From assembly GCA_003557725.1 (NCBI GenBank), contig PWNQ01000041.1, positions 8,481 to 72,480 of the forward strand: DNA of 64,000 bases. The letters run 5' to 3'. Shown piece after piece: positions 25,952 through 35,540 of the stretch. The translations under genes and the position numbers were made by a program. The notes under the pieces were generated by a model that saw only the letters and a list, made by a program, of their open reading frames with translations, made no database searches and had not been told where the DNA came from. The stretch is from Bacteroidales bacterium (lineage in GTDB: Bacteria; Bacteroidota; Bacteroidia; Bacteroidales; PWNQ01). Each line of letters opens with the position of its first letter. Position 1 is the stretch's first letter.

Positions 25952-26437
25952 ATGCTTATGGAAGATCTGCTACTGTTACTTTTGGGGTTAGTCTGGCTGG
26001 GAGCGAGTTACTACCAGTCGCAAAGGAAAAAGAAGGCCGAAGAAGAGCGCCGGAGCGCCGCTGTGACCAAATCCGGTGATCATAATGAAATGGATGATGA
26101 GGAGCCTTCAGGAAAAGAGTCTTTTCTGGATAAAATGATGGAAACCATTGATCAGGAAGGGTCAGGACTGCTTCAGGACCTGGAAAAGCAGGCAAGTAAC
26201 CAGTTCTCCAGCGGGGAAATAGATGACAAGAATGGGGAGATAGCAGAGAATGAAGAGGTGGGAAGTAATAGCCAGGCAGAAGAGAGCGAAGAATCATTAA
26301 CGGCTTCGGCAGGGTTAACCAATTTATCCCGGAGGAAAAAACAAGTCAAAAATCAACAATGGGCAAGAAATCTGGTGCGGGATTTTGACGGTAAAAAGGC
26401 CGTTATTTATTCTGAGATCCTCAACAGGCCTTACTAA
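25952..26437 (+). CDS. Small acidic membrane-anchored protein (hypothetical)
   Basis: ATG at 25952 or 25958 gives an N-terminal TM helix (LLLLLLGLVWLGASYY). This is followed by an E/D/S-rich low-complexity region and a C-terminal motif KAVIYSEILNRPY. The TTG start at 25910 lies in promoter-like sequence. Confidence 0.5.
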   Translation: MLMEDLLLLLLGLVWLGASYYQSQRKKKAEEERRSAAVTKSGDHNEMDDEEPSGKESFLDKMMETIDQEGSGLLQDLEKQASNQFSSGEIDDKNGEIAENEEVGSNSQAEESEESLTASAGLTNLSRRKKQVKNQQWARNLVRDFDGKKAVIYSEILNRPY

Positions 26438-26533
26438 TATAAAAAAATGCATTTTTGATTCCCGGCTGTTAAATCTTTTATATTTTTACAGCCCCTAAAA
26501 AGCACATAAAAAAAACAACATAAAATTACAGGT

Positions 26534-29500
26534 ATGTTTCGAAAGTTAATGACAGTAGTTGTCCTGTTATTCGCCACATTTTATTGGGCGTATGGACAAT
26601 CAGGAGCCTTAAGAGGTAAAGTAATCGATGCCGAAACAGGAGAACCGGTACCTTTTGCCAACGTAGTAGTTGAGGCAGGAGGAAGTCAGGCCGGTGGAGC
26701 CACTTCAGACTATGATGGGAACTATACCATCAGGCCCCTTTCTCCGGGAAGGTACGATGTGAAAGCGTCTTACGTAGGATATAAGCCGTTGATGATACGT
26801 GGTGTGATCATTAATGCCGACCAGGTGCGCTTTATGGATATAGAAATGGAGCCCACCGCGGAAACCCTGGAAACCTTTGAAGTGAGGGACTACAGGGTGC
26901 CCCTTATTGATAAAGACCAGACTACCACCGGAGAAACCGTAACACGGGAAGACATTGCCAAGCTGCCCGGACGGTCTGCCACTGCTGTGGCCGCTACTGT
27001 GGGGGGTGTGTTCTCACAGGATGGAGAAATGGGAAGCATCCGGGGAGCACGGTCTGAAGGAACGGTAATGTATATCGATGGAGTAAGGGTTAGAGGAACT
27101 TCATCCGTACCACAGTCGGCCCTGGAGCAAGTCTCTGTTATTACCGGAGGAACCCCGGCACAATACGGCGATGCAACCGGGGGGATCGTTAACATTACCA
27201 CCAGAGGCCCTTCCCGGCAATTCGGAGGTGGAGGAGAACTGATTACCTCTCAATTCCTGGATAACTGGGGCTATAATATGCTCGGATTTAATGTCCAGGG
27301 CCCGATCCTCAGAGATAAAGAAACCGAAAGATCATTGCTGGGCTTTATGCTTACCGGTGAGGTGAGCTACCAGGAAGACCCCAGACCGTTTGCCGTACCT
27401 TACCACCAGGCCACGGATGAAAGAATTGAGTACCTGGAAAACAACCCCTTCCGGCCTACGGGCACAGGGTTTGGCGCTTTTTACAATGCCACTTATACCC
27501 GTATGGAAGACCTGGAAGCCACCAGAACAAAACAATATGCTGAAAATTACTCCATCAACCTCAACGCCAAAGTTGACGTGGGACTGGATTTAAACACCAA
27601 CCTTACATTTGGCGGGTCTATGCACCACCGGGGCGGATATAACTGGAGTATGGCCAATGCCATGTTCAACGCCGGAAATAACGGAGTGTATGAAGATAAT
27701 ACCTACAGATTCTATGGCCGCTTTACCCAAAGATTCCCCACCGACCGCGACAGCCCTTCGCTGATACGCGATGTGAACTATACCATTCAGGCCGACTTCT
27801 CCCATTATGACCGCGTATTACAGGACCGTGACCACCAGGATAACTTGTTCAACTACGGATATATTGGAGATTATAAAACCTATAAAGTGAATTCCTTCGA
27901 GCGGGGCGATGACACTATCCTGGGATTCTCCGACGTATGGATACATAATGGATTTAGAGATACCCTGGTAACTTTTACCCCCGGAGATGTTAATGAGCAA
28001 ATAGCTGCTTATACATCTGATTATTACAACCTCTACGACCTGCACTCCGGAATGTACTCCAATAAAGTGCTGATCCAGCAGGGACAAGGCCTCCTTAACG
28101 GAATGAACCCCCAGTCGGTGTATGGGCTCTATACCAATGTGGGATCCCCATACGGGTCTTATCAGAAAATCCAAAACCAGCAATACAGTATTAATGCCAG
28201 TGGCTCGGCAGGCATCGGGAACCATGAGATTCGTTTTGGCCTTTTGTACGAGCAGCGCATTGACCGGGCCATTACTTATAACGCAACCGGCTTGTGGAGG
28301 TTGATGCAGCAGGTGACCAACCGGCATATCGAACAGTTGGACCTGAATAACCCCATCGCTGTGTATGACGCCTATGGCGTTTTCCAGGATACGGTAATGT
28401 ACAACCGCTTGTATGATGAGGGATTCCAGACGGCTTTTGATGCTGCAGTTAGAGAAAAACTGGGACTGCCGGTGGACGGACTGGACTGGATTGACGTGGA
28501 CAACCTGGACCCCTCATTCTACTCCATAGATATGTTCAGCGCCGATGAGTTGCTGAATGCCGGAGACCAGTACGTAAACTACTATGGGTACGACCACACC
28601 GGAGAGACCTATGGAACCCGACCCAGCTTTGAAGAGTTTTTTACAGCCACTGATGAGAACGGAAACTTTACCAGACCCATCGCCCCTTTTGAACCCATTT
28701 ATATGGCCGGATATATCCAGGATCGCTTTACTTTTGATGACCTGGTATTTAATATAGGAATAAGGGTGGACCGCTATGACGCCAACCAGAAAGTGCTCAA
28801 AGACCCATTCCTCCTGTATGAAGCAAGAACCGTTGGCGAAGTGGATGACCTGGGACCACACCCGGGGAACATGGGCGATGATTATGTGGTGTATGTGGAT
28901 GACTACAACAACCCTAACGCTATTCTGGGATATCGTAGCGGAATGGAATGGTTTGATGCACAGGGCACTTCAGTGCAGAACCCTTCTTCTATTGAAGCCG
29001 GAACAGGAATTAACCCCTATCTGGTTAACCCCGATCAAACCGCAATCAATGCCAGTGCATTCGAAGATTATGATCCTCAGGTAACGGTAATGCCCAGAAT
29101 CTCATTTTCTTTCCCAATATCCAGAGAGGCTCTGTTCTTTGCTCATTATGATGTACTTACCAAGCGACCCACCTCAGGGGCACGACTGGATATCCTGGAC
29201 TACTACTTTATTGAAAGCCGGGGGCAAAGCACCCTTAACAACCCTAACCTGAAGCCGGAAAGAACCACCGATTACGAGGTAGGATTCCAGCAAGTTCTGG
29301 GGCCCACTTCTTCTCTTAAGCTTTCTGCCTATTACCGGGAGATGAGAGATATGGTTCAGGCCTTCCCATTTACCGGAGCTTATCCTGTTCCTTATATTTC
29401 TTACAGCAACATGGACTTTGGTACCGTTAAAGGACTAACGGTTGCTTATGACCTGCGAAGAACGCGCAACATGCGCCTGAGAGCAAACTATACACTGCAG

Positions 29501-30163
29501 TTTGCTGATGGAACCGGCTCTTCTGCCACCACTTCCCTCTCACTGATTCGCGCGGGACAGCCCAACCTTAGAACCACCAACCCGCTGAGTTTTGACCGTC
29601 GTCATGCCGTCAACGTGGTGGCCGATTATCGATTCAGAGGAGGAACCGATTATGACGGTCCATCCATTAGCAGAACCGTTGTGGATGACGATGGAGAACG
29701 CAGAGTAAGAACATACCGAATCCTGGAAAATACGGGAATAAACCTCACCATGAGAGGCGGGTCAGGAACACCTTATACAGCCCACTCTCAAATTTATTCT
29801 GCCGTACTGGGTGGCGGAGCTCAATTGATCGATGGATCTATAGGCGGTTCCAGACTCCCGTGGTCATTCTCTATGGATGCACGCATTGACAGGGATATCC
29901 AACTGGGCGAAGAGGGAAGAACCCACCTGAATATCTACCTTACTGTTCTTAATGTGCTGGACAATAAAAATGTACTCAACGTATACAGCGCTACCGGAAG
30001 CCCCGATGATGATGGATTCCTTGCAGCTCCTGAATTTCAGCAACAAATTGCATCTCAAAACGACCCACAGGCCTTTTATGACCTGTACACAACGCGCATT
30101 CAAAGCCCGTATAACTACAGCCTGCCCAGAAGGATCAGACTGGGTGTAGCGTTCAATTTTTAA
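26534..30163 (+). CDS. TonB-dependent-receptor-like outer-membrane barrel with an N-terminal carboxypeptidase-regulatory-like domain (1209 aa)
   Basis: Signal peptide. CarboxypepD_reg-like region (GKVIDAETGEPVPFANVVV...DGNYTI). Plug region (TVTREDIAKLPGRSATAVAATVGGV, IRGARSEGTVMYIDGVRV, AQYGDATGGIVNITTRGP). Long barrel ending in RLGVAFNF with a terminal Phe. Confidence 0.85.
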   Translation: MFRKLMTVVVLLFATFYWAYGQSGALRGKVIDAETGEPVPFANVVVEAGGSQAGGATSDYDGNYTIRPLSPGRYDVKASYVGYKPLMIRGVIINADQVRFMDIEMEPTAETLETFEVRDYRVPLIDKDQTTTGETVTREDIAKLPGRSATAVAATVGGVFSQDGEMGSIRGARSEGTVMYIDGVRVRGTSSVPQSALEQVSVITGGTPAQYGDATGGIVNITTRGPSRQFGGGGELITSQFLDNWGYNMLGFNVQGPILRDKETERSLLGFMLTGEVSYQEDPRPFAVPYHQATDERIEYLENNPFRPTGTGFGAFYNATYTRMEDLEATRTKQYAENYSINLNAKVDVGLDLNTNLTFGGSMHHRGGYNWSMANAMFNAGNNGVYEDNTYRFYGRFTQRFPTDRDSPSLIRDVNYTIQADFSHYDRVLQDRDHQDNLFNYGYIGDYKTYKVNSFERGDDTILGFSDVWIHNGFRDTLVTFTPGDVNEQIAAYTSDYYNLYDLHSGMYSNKVLIQQGQGLLNGMNPQSVYGLYTNVGSPYGSYQKIQNQQYSINASGSAGIGNHEIRFGLLYEQRIDRAITYNATGLWRLMQQVTNRHIEQLDLNNPIAVYDAYGVFQDTVMYNRLYDEGFQTAFDAAVREKLGLPVDGLDWIDVDNLDPSFYSIDMFSADELLNAGDQYVNYYGYDHTGETYGTRPSFEEFFTATDENGNFTRPIAPFEPIYMAGYIQDRFTFDDLVFNIGIRVDRYDANQKVLKDPFLLYEARTVGEVDDLGPHPGNMGDDYVVYVDDYNNPNAILGYRSGMEWFDAQGTSVQNPSSIEAGTGINPYLVNPDQTAINASAFEDYDPQVTVMPRISFSFPISREALFFAHYDVLTKRPTSGARLDILDYYFIESRGQSTLNNPNLKPERTTDYEVGFQQVLGPTSSLKLSAYYREMRDMVQAFPFTGAYPVPYISYSNMDFGTVKGLTVAYDLRRTRNMRLRANYTLQFADGTGSSATTSLSLIRAGQPNLRTTNPLSFDRRHAVNVVADYRFRGGTDYDGPSISRTVVDDDGERRVRTYRILENTGINLTMRGGSGTPYTAHSQIYSAVLGGGAQLIDGSIGGSRLPWSFSMDARIDRDIQLGEEGRTHLNIYLTVLNVLDNKNVLNVYSATGSPDDDGFLAAPEFQQQIASQNDPQAFYDLYTTRIQSPYNYSLPRRIRLGVAFNF

Positions 30164-30195
30164 ACCAAGTTAATAACATAAAACGCCATAAAGAT

Positions 30196-33100
30196 ATGAG
30201 TTACTTATTAAGAATTTCAGTATTGGCCATTATTGCCGTGCTGATGCTTCCCCAAGACGGACTGGCATACAAAGTCCCGCGTGATAAGGAGAGGACGCCC
30301 AATAAACAACAAAAAAGCGTTGCCTCCGCCGGATGCCTTCCCGGGACTGCACATATAGACTTGGACATTAACAACGTTCGTGCAAGGATTAACCAAAGTG
30401 GAGATATGTGGTGGGACCTGCAGGGTAACCCACGATATGAGGTGCCCAAAGGTTCAGGAAAACACTCCATGTTCTCCGCCGCCCTTTGGATGGCCGGAGT
30501 GGATGTAAATGGGCAATTGAAAGCCGCCGCACAGAGATACCGGGGGTCGGGAGTGGACTTCTGGCCGGGACCCCTATCTACGGATGGGAAGGCCACGGTG
30601 GACGCTGAAACATGTAAAGCCTACGACCGCCACTGGGTTATGACAAGAGCCATGGTGGAAGAGTTCCTGGCCTGGAGAGATGACCCGGACGAATTCCCGG
30701 AATATGTTATCCCACAGGAAATATTGAACTACCCGGCTCACGGTGACGTGTCAAAAAATCAAGCCTATTATCTGGCTCCTTTTTATGATTATACCGGTGA
30801 CGGAACTTATGACCCTACATCCGGAGACTATCCATACTATGACTTCGATAACGAACTGTGTAAAAACTATGTCCCTACCATGGAAGGAAATGGTATCCTG
30901 GAAGACCAGGTGCTTAAAGGGGACCAGACCATCTGGTGGGTGTTTAACGACAGAGGAAACGTACATGCTGAAACAGAAGCTGCACCTATAGGTGTGGAAA
31001 TCCGGGCTCAGGCGTTTGCTTTTCTTACCAACGATGAGATCAACAACTCTACATTTTATTCTTACGAGATCATTAACCGCTCTACCCATCGGCTCACCAA
31101 TACCTATTTTAGCCAGTGGGTGGATATGGATATTGGAGACCCTTATGACGACTATGTGGGCTGTGATGTGGGCCGTGGACTGGGGTATGCCTATAACGGG
31201 GAAGCTGTTGATGGTAGTGGCGGACCTAATCACTATGGAGCACAGCCACCGGCTATTGGGGTAGACTTTTTTCAGGGACCATATATAGACCCTGACGGAC
31301 TGGATAACCCAAGATTTCAGAGAGTTATTTCCTATGATATAGATACTGTCATTGTGGGAGTGGACACCATTCTGGATACATTAAGCATTGATACTGTTTC
31401 CAGGCAAATTGTTGACGCCAGCATCAATGGCGTGAACTTCGCCGATGGTATTGTGGACAATGAGCGATTTGGAATGCGCAGGTTCGTTTACCATAACAAT
31501 GTTGGTGGAGGTACCAACCCAGCTATGACTGACCCCCAGACCGGCAGTGAATACTATCAATTGCTCCGGGGAATCTGGAAAGATGGTACCCGAATGCTTT
31601 ATGGTGGTAATGCCCACCAGAACTCAGGTGCCTATGGCCCTGAGTGTGACTTTATGTTTCCCGGAGATACCGATCCGTGGAACTGGGGTACCGGAGGACA
31701 ACCACCTAATGGACCAACCTACTGGACCGAAGAGACAGCAGGGAATGTTCCTTACGACCGCCGGTTTATGCAATCTGCCGGACCATTTACCCTGGAAGCC
31801 GGTGCAGTGAATTACATCACTGTGGGTATTCCATGGGCAAGAGCTTCTTCCGGAGGCCCATTCGCCTCTGTGGAACTGCTCAGGGAAATTGATGATAAAC
31901 TCCAACGATTGTTTGATAACTGCTTCCAGGTAATGGATGGCCCGGATGCACCGGACCTGACCATTAGAGAAATGGACAGAAAACTGATCCTGTATCTTTC
32001 CAACAGGCCCACTTCAAATAACTACAAAGAGCAGTACGAAGAGTGGGATCCCACCATTATTACTCCGGACAGCATTACCGATGATTCTCTCAGGTATGAC
32101 TCCATGTATCGCTTTGAGGGATATCAGATTTTCCAGCTAAGAGATGCCTCAGTGTCTGTCACCGACATCCGTGACCCCGACCTGGCCCGGGAAGTGGCAC
32201 AAGTGGATATTAAAAACGGAGTGGGACAACTGGTTAATTTTGAGAGAAGCCAACGTCTGGATGCCAATGTGCCTATGGAAATGGTGATGGGCGGCGATGA
32301 AGGCATCAAGCACTCGTTTGTTATTACGGAAGACGCTTTTGCTTCCGGGGACAGAAGACTGGTTAACCACAAAAAATATTATTTCGTAGCTATTGCCTAT
32401 GCATATAACGAATATATGCCGTATTCACAGGAGCCCGGGGTTGTTAATGGTCTCTATGGCCAGCAGCAACCATACCTGGCAGGGCGAAAGGGTGCTACAG
32501 GAGCCATTACCCCGGTTACTGCGATCCCCCATCTCGTCCAACCTGAAAGAGGCGGAACGGAAGTGCGCTCTGAGTACGGAGACGGGCCTATGATTACCAG
32601 AATAGAAGGACAAGGTAACGGAGGGTTGAACCTTCAGCTTACCGAGGAAAGTATCCAGGAGATACTGAACTCTCCACAACACAGGACTAAGCATCCAGTG
32701 TATGAACATGGAAAGGGACCCATTGATGTGAAAGTAGTTGACCCCGTTCGAGTAAAACCGGGCAATTATACCCTGATGCTCACAGTGAGTAACGACAGCA
32801 TTGACTACGCCGGATGGGTGCTGCTCAACACCAATGACCTTACAGATACCATCGCAGTTAGTCAGCATACCATTGATATTAATAATGAACAGCTATTGCT
32901 GGACTTAGGTCTGTCCATTACCATTAACCAGGTAGGGAAACCAGGCGATGCTAACCTGCAGAACAGCGGCGTAATCACCTCTTCCATCAGCTTTGCTGAC
33001 AGCTCTAAGCGCTGGCTCTCCGGCGTACCCAATAACGATGCCTCCATAGCCCTTAACTGGATCCGGTCAGGTACCATGGACGACCCCGCAAATCAGGATA

Positions 33101-34263
33101 ATAACGATTATTCTACAGGGCCGTCACACAGCAGAATTTTCCTGGATCCCAATGAGAATTTTGAGAAGATCATTGGAGGAACCTGGACGGCCTACCGAAT
33201 GGCTGCACATACCAACTTGCTGGATCACGGGCCTGCCTTGGGAGGAGCTTTTCATCAGCAAAATGATATGGGTAAGTTGTCCAGTGTGGACATCGTGTTT
33301 ACCGATGATAAGAGCAAATGGACCCGTTGCCCTGTAATTGAAATGGGTGATGATCAGGCTCTTACCGAAGGGAACGCACAGCAATGGAGACTGCGCGAAG
33401 CGGCTTCGGTGGATAAAAATGGAAACCCCGACAACAGCGGAACAACCGGCATGGGCTGGTTCCCCGGATATGCCATCAATGTGGAAACCGGAGAAAGACT
33501 GAACATGATCTTTTCTGAAGATTCCTGGCTCGTTGGTGAAAATGGCAGAGACATGAAGTGGAACCCAACAGGAAGATACTTTACCGACCTGGGAGTGCCT
33601 CTTCTTGGCGGAAAACACTATGTATATGTGCTTGATCATGATAATCAAAGCCCTGCATATGATGAGGGAAAATGGGCTTACGATCAGCTCCGGACTGAAA
33701 GCCCTGCGCTTATCGGCCTTATGACCCGTAGCATAATGTGGGTGGGCATGCCCATGCTTAATCCACAATTTGAACTGCTGGAGACGGAAGCCACCATCAG
33801 CATACGCGTTCAGCGACCTTATGAACGGTATTACTCCACTCCTGACTTCCAGGAAAACAACCCCATTAATGACAATTATCCGGTTTATCAATTCTCTACC
33901 GATGATATTTCTGCTCGCAGAGGGGTGACATCTATTGCTAAAACCATGTTGGACACCATCCGGGTGGTTCCCAACCCCTATTATGGTTACTCCCAGTATG
34001 AAACCAGCCAGCTGGATAACCGGGTAAGGATCACTAACCTGCCTGAAGTCTGTACTATCACCATTTACAGCCTGGATGGCACATTGGTGAGAAGGTTTAC
34101 CAAAGACTCCTATCTTACCAGCATTGACTGGGACCTGAAGAACCATGTGGGCATCCCCATATCCAGCGGTATGTACCTGGTTCATGTTAATGCACCGGGA
34201 ATAGGCGAAACGGTAATTAAATGGTTTGGCTCTATGCGCCCCGCTGACCTGGAGGCATTCTAA
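30196..34263 (+). CDS. 1355-aa secreted protein of unrecognised family with a T9SS C-terminal sorting domain
   Basis: Signal peptide MSYLLRISVLAIIAVLMLPQDGLA. The last ~100 aa (nt 33958-34260) look like a T9SS CTD (VVPNPYYG, ITIYSLDGTLVRRF, SSGMYLVHV). I recognise no catalytic motif. It starts 33 nt after the receptor-like gene. Confidence 0.8.
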   Translation: MSYLLRISVLAIIAVLMLPQDGLAYKVPRDKERTPNKQQKSVASAGCLPGTAHIDLDINNVRARINQSGDMWWDLQGNPRYEVPKGSGKHSMFSAALWMAGVDVNGQLKAAAQRYRGSGVDFWPGPLSTDGKATVDAETCKAYDRHWVMTRAMVEEFLAWRDDPDEFPEYVIPQEILNYPAHGDVSKNQAYYLAPFYDYTGDGTYDPTSGDYPYYDFDNELCKNYVPTMEGNGILEDQVLKGDQTIWWVFNDRGNVHAETEAAPIGVEIRAQAFAFLTNDEINNSTFYSYEIINRSTHRLTNTYFSQWVDMDIGDPYDDYVGCDVGRGLGYAYNGEAVDGSGGPNHYGAQPPAIGVDFFQGPYIDPDGLDNPRFQRVISYDIDTVIVGVDTILDTLSIDTVSRQIVDASINGVNFADGIVDNERFGMRRFVYHNNVGGGTNPAMTDPQTGSEYYQLLRGIWKDGTRMLYGGNAHQNSGAYGPECDFMFPGDTDPWNWGTGGQPPNGPTYWTEETAGNVPYDRRFMQSAGPFTLEAGAVNYITVGIPWARASSGGPFASVELLREIDDKLQRLFDNCFQVMDGPDAPDLTIREMDRKLILYLSNRPTSNNYKEQYEEWDPTIITPDSITDDSLRYDSMYRFEGYQIFQLRDASVSVTDIRDPDLAREVAQVDIKNGVGQLVNFERSQRLDANVPMEMVMGGDEGIKHSFVITEDAFASGDRRLVNHKKYYFVAIAYAYNEYMPYSQEPGVVNGLYGQQQPYLAGRKGATGAITPVTAIPHLVQPERGGTEVRSEYGDGPMITRIEGQGNGGLNLQLTEESIQEILNSPQHRTKHPVYEHGKGPIDVKVVDPVRVKPGNYTLMLTVSNDSIDYAGWVLLNTNDLTDTIAVSQHTIDINNEQLLLDLGLSITINQVGKPGDANLQNSGVITSSISFADSSKRWLSGVPNNDASIALNWIRSGTMDDPANQDNNDYSTGPSHSRIFLDPNENFEKIIGGTWTAYRMAAHTNLLDHGPALGGAFHQQNDMGKLSSVDIVFTDDKSKWTRCPVIEMGDDQALTEGNAQQWRLREAASVDKNGNPDNSGTTGMGWFPGYAINVETGERLNMIFSEDSWLVGENGRDMKWNPTGRYFTDLGVPLLGGKHYVYVLDHDNQSPAYDEGKWAYDQLRTESPALIGLMTRSIMWVGMPMLNPQFELLETEATISIRVQRPYERYYSTPDFQENNPINDNYPVYQFSTDDISARRGVTSIAKTMLDTIRVVPNPYYGYSQYETSQLDNRVRITNLPEVCTITIYSLDGTLVRRFTKDSYLTSIDWDLKNHVGIPISSGMYLVHVNAPGIGETVIKWFGSMRPADLEAF

Positions 34264-34374
34264 GGATATATGGCACGTGAGCCCGGAAGGGTGCTAACAC
34301 CATTTTGGCTACAGCACTTTTCCGGGTTCATAAAACCAACAACTAATTATGAATACCAGACAAAATTCAGAACA

Positions 34375-35436
34375 ATGAGACATAAAGTAAAGAGTTTGAT
34401 TTCAATGGCCTTGGGAGGAATAATCCTTTTTTCCGTCCTTAATGCCAGTGCCGGTAACAAAGACCGGGCCGGACAAGCGGGAGCTGATGAGTTATTGATT
34501 AACCCATGGGCTAAATCATCAGGATGGGCCTGCGCCAATACCGGAGGGGTCAGAGGAATGGAAGCCCAATACATCAATGTTGCCGGACTGGCTTTTACAG
34601 AAACCACCCAAATCGGGTATACACACACCAACTATCTGGCTGGGACAGGAATTAGTATTAATACGCTGGGACTGGCACAAAGGGTGTCGGAAACAGGAGG
34701 GGTCCTGGGCCTGGGAATTATGTCTATGTCCCTGGGCGATATTGACCGCACCGAAGTAGATATGCCCGAAGGAGGTATTGGAACTTTTGCCCCAAGCTTC
34801 CTGAATGTTAACCTCTCTTATGCCAGAGCCTTTTCCAATAGCATCTTTGGTGGCGTTAATGTTAAAATTATCTCCCATCAAATTGCGGATATCAGCGCCA
34901 GTGGTATGGCTATCGATGTTGGGGTGCAATATGTCACCGGACGTACCGATAATATTAAGTTTGGAGTTGCCCTGAAAAATGTGGGAGCACCTATGAAGTT
35001 TACAGGCGATGGAATGTCGCTGAGGACGATAATCACTGAAACAAGGCACACCATGACTGTGGAACAGCGCTCTGATGCATACGAATTGCCCGCATTGCTC
35101 AGAATTGGAATCACCTATGATATCGATCTGGCTGATAACCACATCCTTTCTCTGGCCGGAAACTTCCAGTCCAACTCTTTCAGGAAAGATATATTCTCCC
35201 TGGGAGCACAATACCAGTTTAGTGACTACCTTGAAATCAGAGGTGGATACAACTACGAGGAGGGACTGCTTAATGAGGGAGACCGTACCACCGTATTCAC
35301 CGGTCCTACTGCCTGCCTTTCTCTGAAAGTGCCCATTGACCGCGAAGAAAATAGCTTTTTTACCATAGATTATTCATACAGGGCTACGCATCCGTTTGAT
35401 GGGGTTCATGCTTTTGGAACTTCCATCGCACTGTAA
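34375..35436 (+). CDS. PorV/PorQ-like outer-membrane beta-barrel (second PorV-like gene in the window)
   Basis: From ATG 34375: signal peptide MRHKVKSLISMALGGIILFSVLNASA. Then AGQAGADELLINPWAKSSGWACANTGGVRGMEAQYINVAGLAF, which has the same pattern as the PorV N-terminal motif at 7001-8197. About 350-aa barrel ending in an aromatic-rich strand. Confidence 0.6.
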   Translation: MRHKVKSLISMALGGIILFSVLNASAGNKDRAGQAGADELLINPWAKSSGWACANTGGVRGMEAQYINVAGLAFTETTQIGYTHTNYLAGTGISINTLGLAQRVSETGGVLGLGIMSMSLGDIDRTEVDMPEGGIGTFAPSFLNVNLSYARAFSNSIFGGVNVKIISHQIADISASGMAIDVGVQYVTGRTDNIKFGVALKNVGAPMKFTGDGMSLRTIITETRHTMTVEQRSDAYELPALLRIGITYDIDLADNHILSLAGNFQSNSFRKDIFSLGAQYQFSDYLEIRGGYNYEEGLLNEGDRTTVFTGPTACLSLKVPIDREENSFFTIDYSYRATHPFDGVHAFGTSIAL

Positions 35437-35493
35437 TTAATAATTGTTGCGCCTGTATAATTAATGTAGTATCTTTATGCACGATTACAAGGG

Positions 35494-35527
35494 GACCCTT
35501 TCCCAAAGGGTCTTCTTGTATTTTGTT
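35494..35527 (+). terminator. Hairpin with T-rich tail after the PorV-like gene
   Basis: GACCCTTT ccc AAAGGGTC followed by ttcttgtattttgtt. It lies 58 nt after the stop at 35436. It could instead belong to the greA leader. Confidence 0.4.
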
Positions 35528-35540
35528 GTATGTTAAATAA

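Noticed and set aside
33124-34185. 353-aa minus-strand ORF inside the 1355-aa cargo gene. Similar antisense ORFs lie at 34519-35211, 54177-54806, 59725-60309 and 62815-63462.
   Set aside because: All lie antisense to longer ORFs that have clear signal peptides or family motifs. None has a recognisable motif or a plausible start context.
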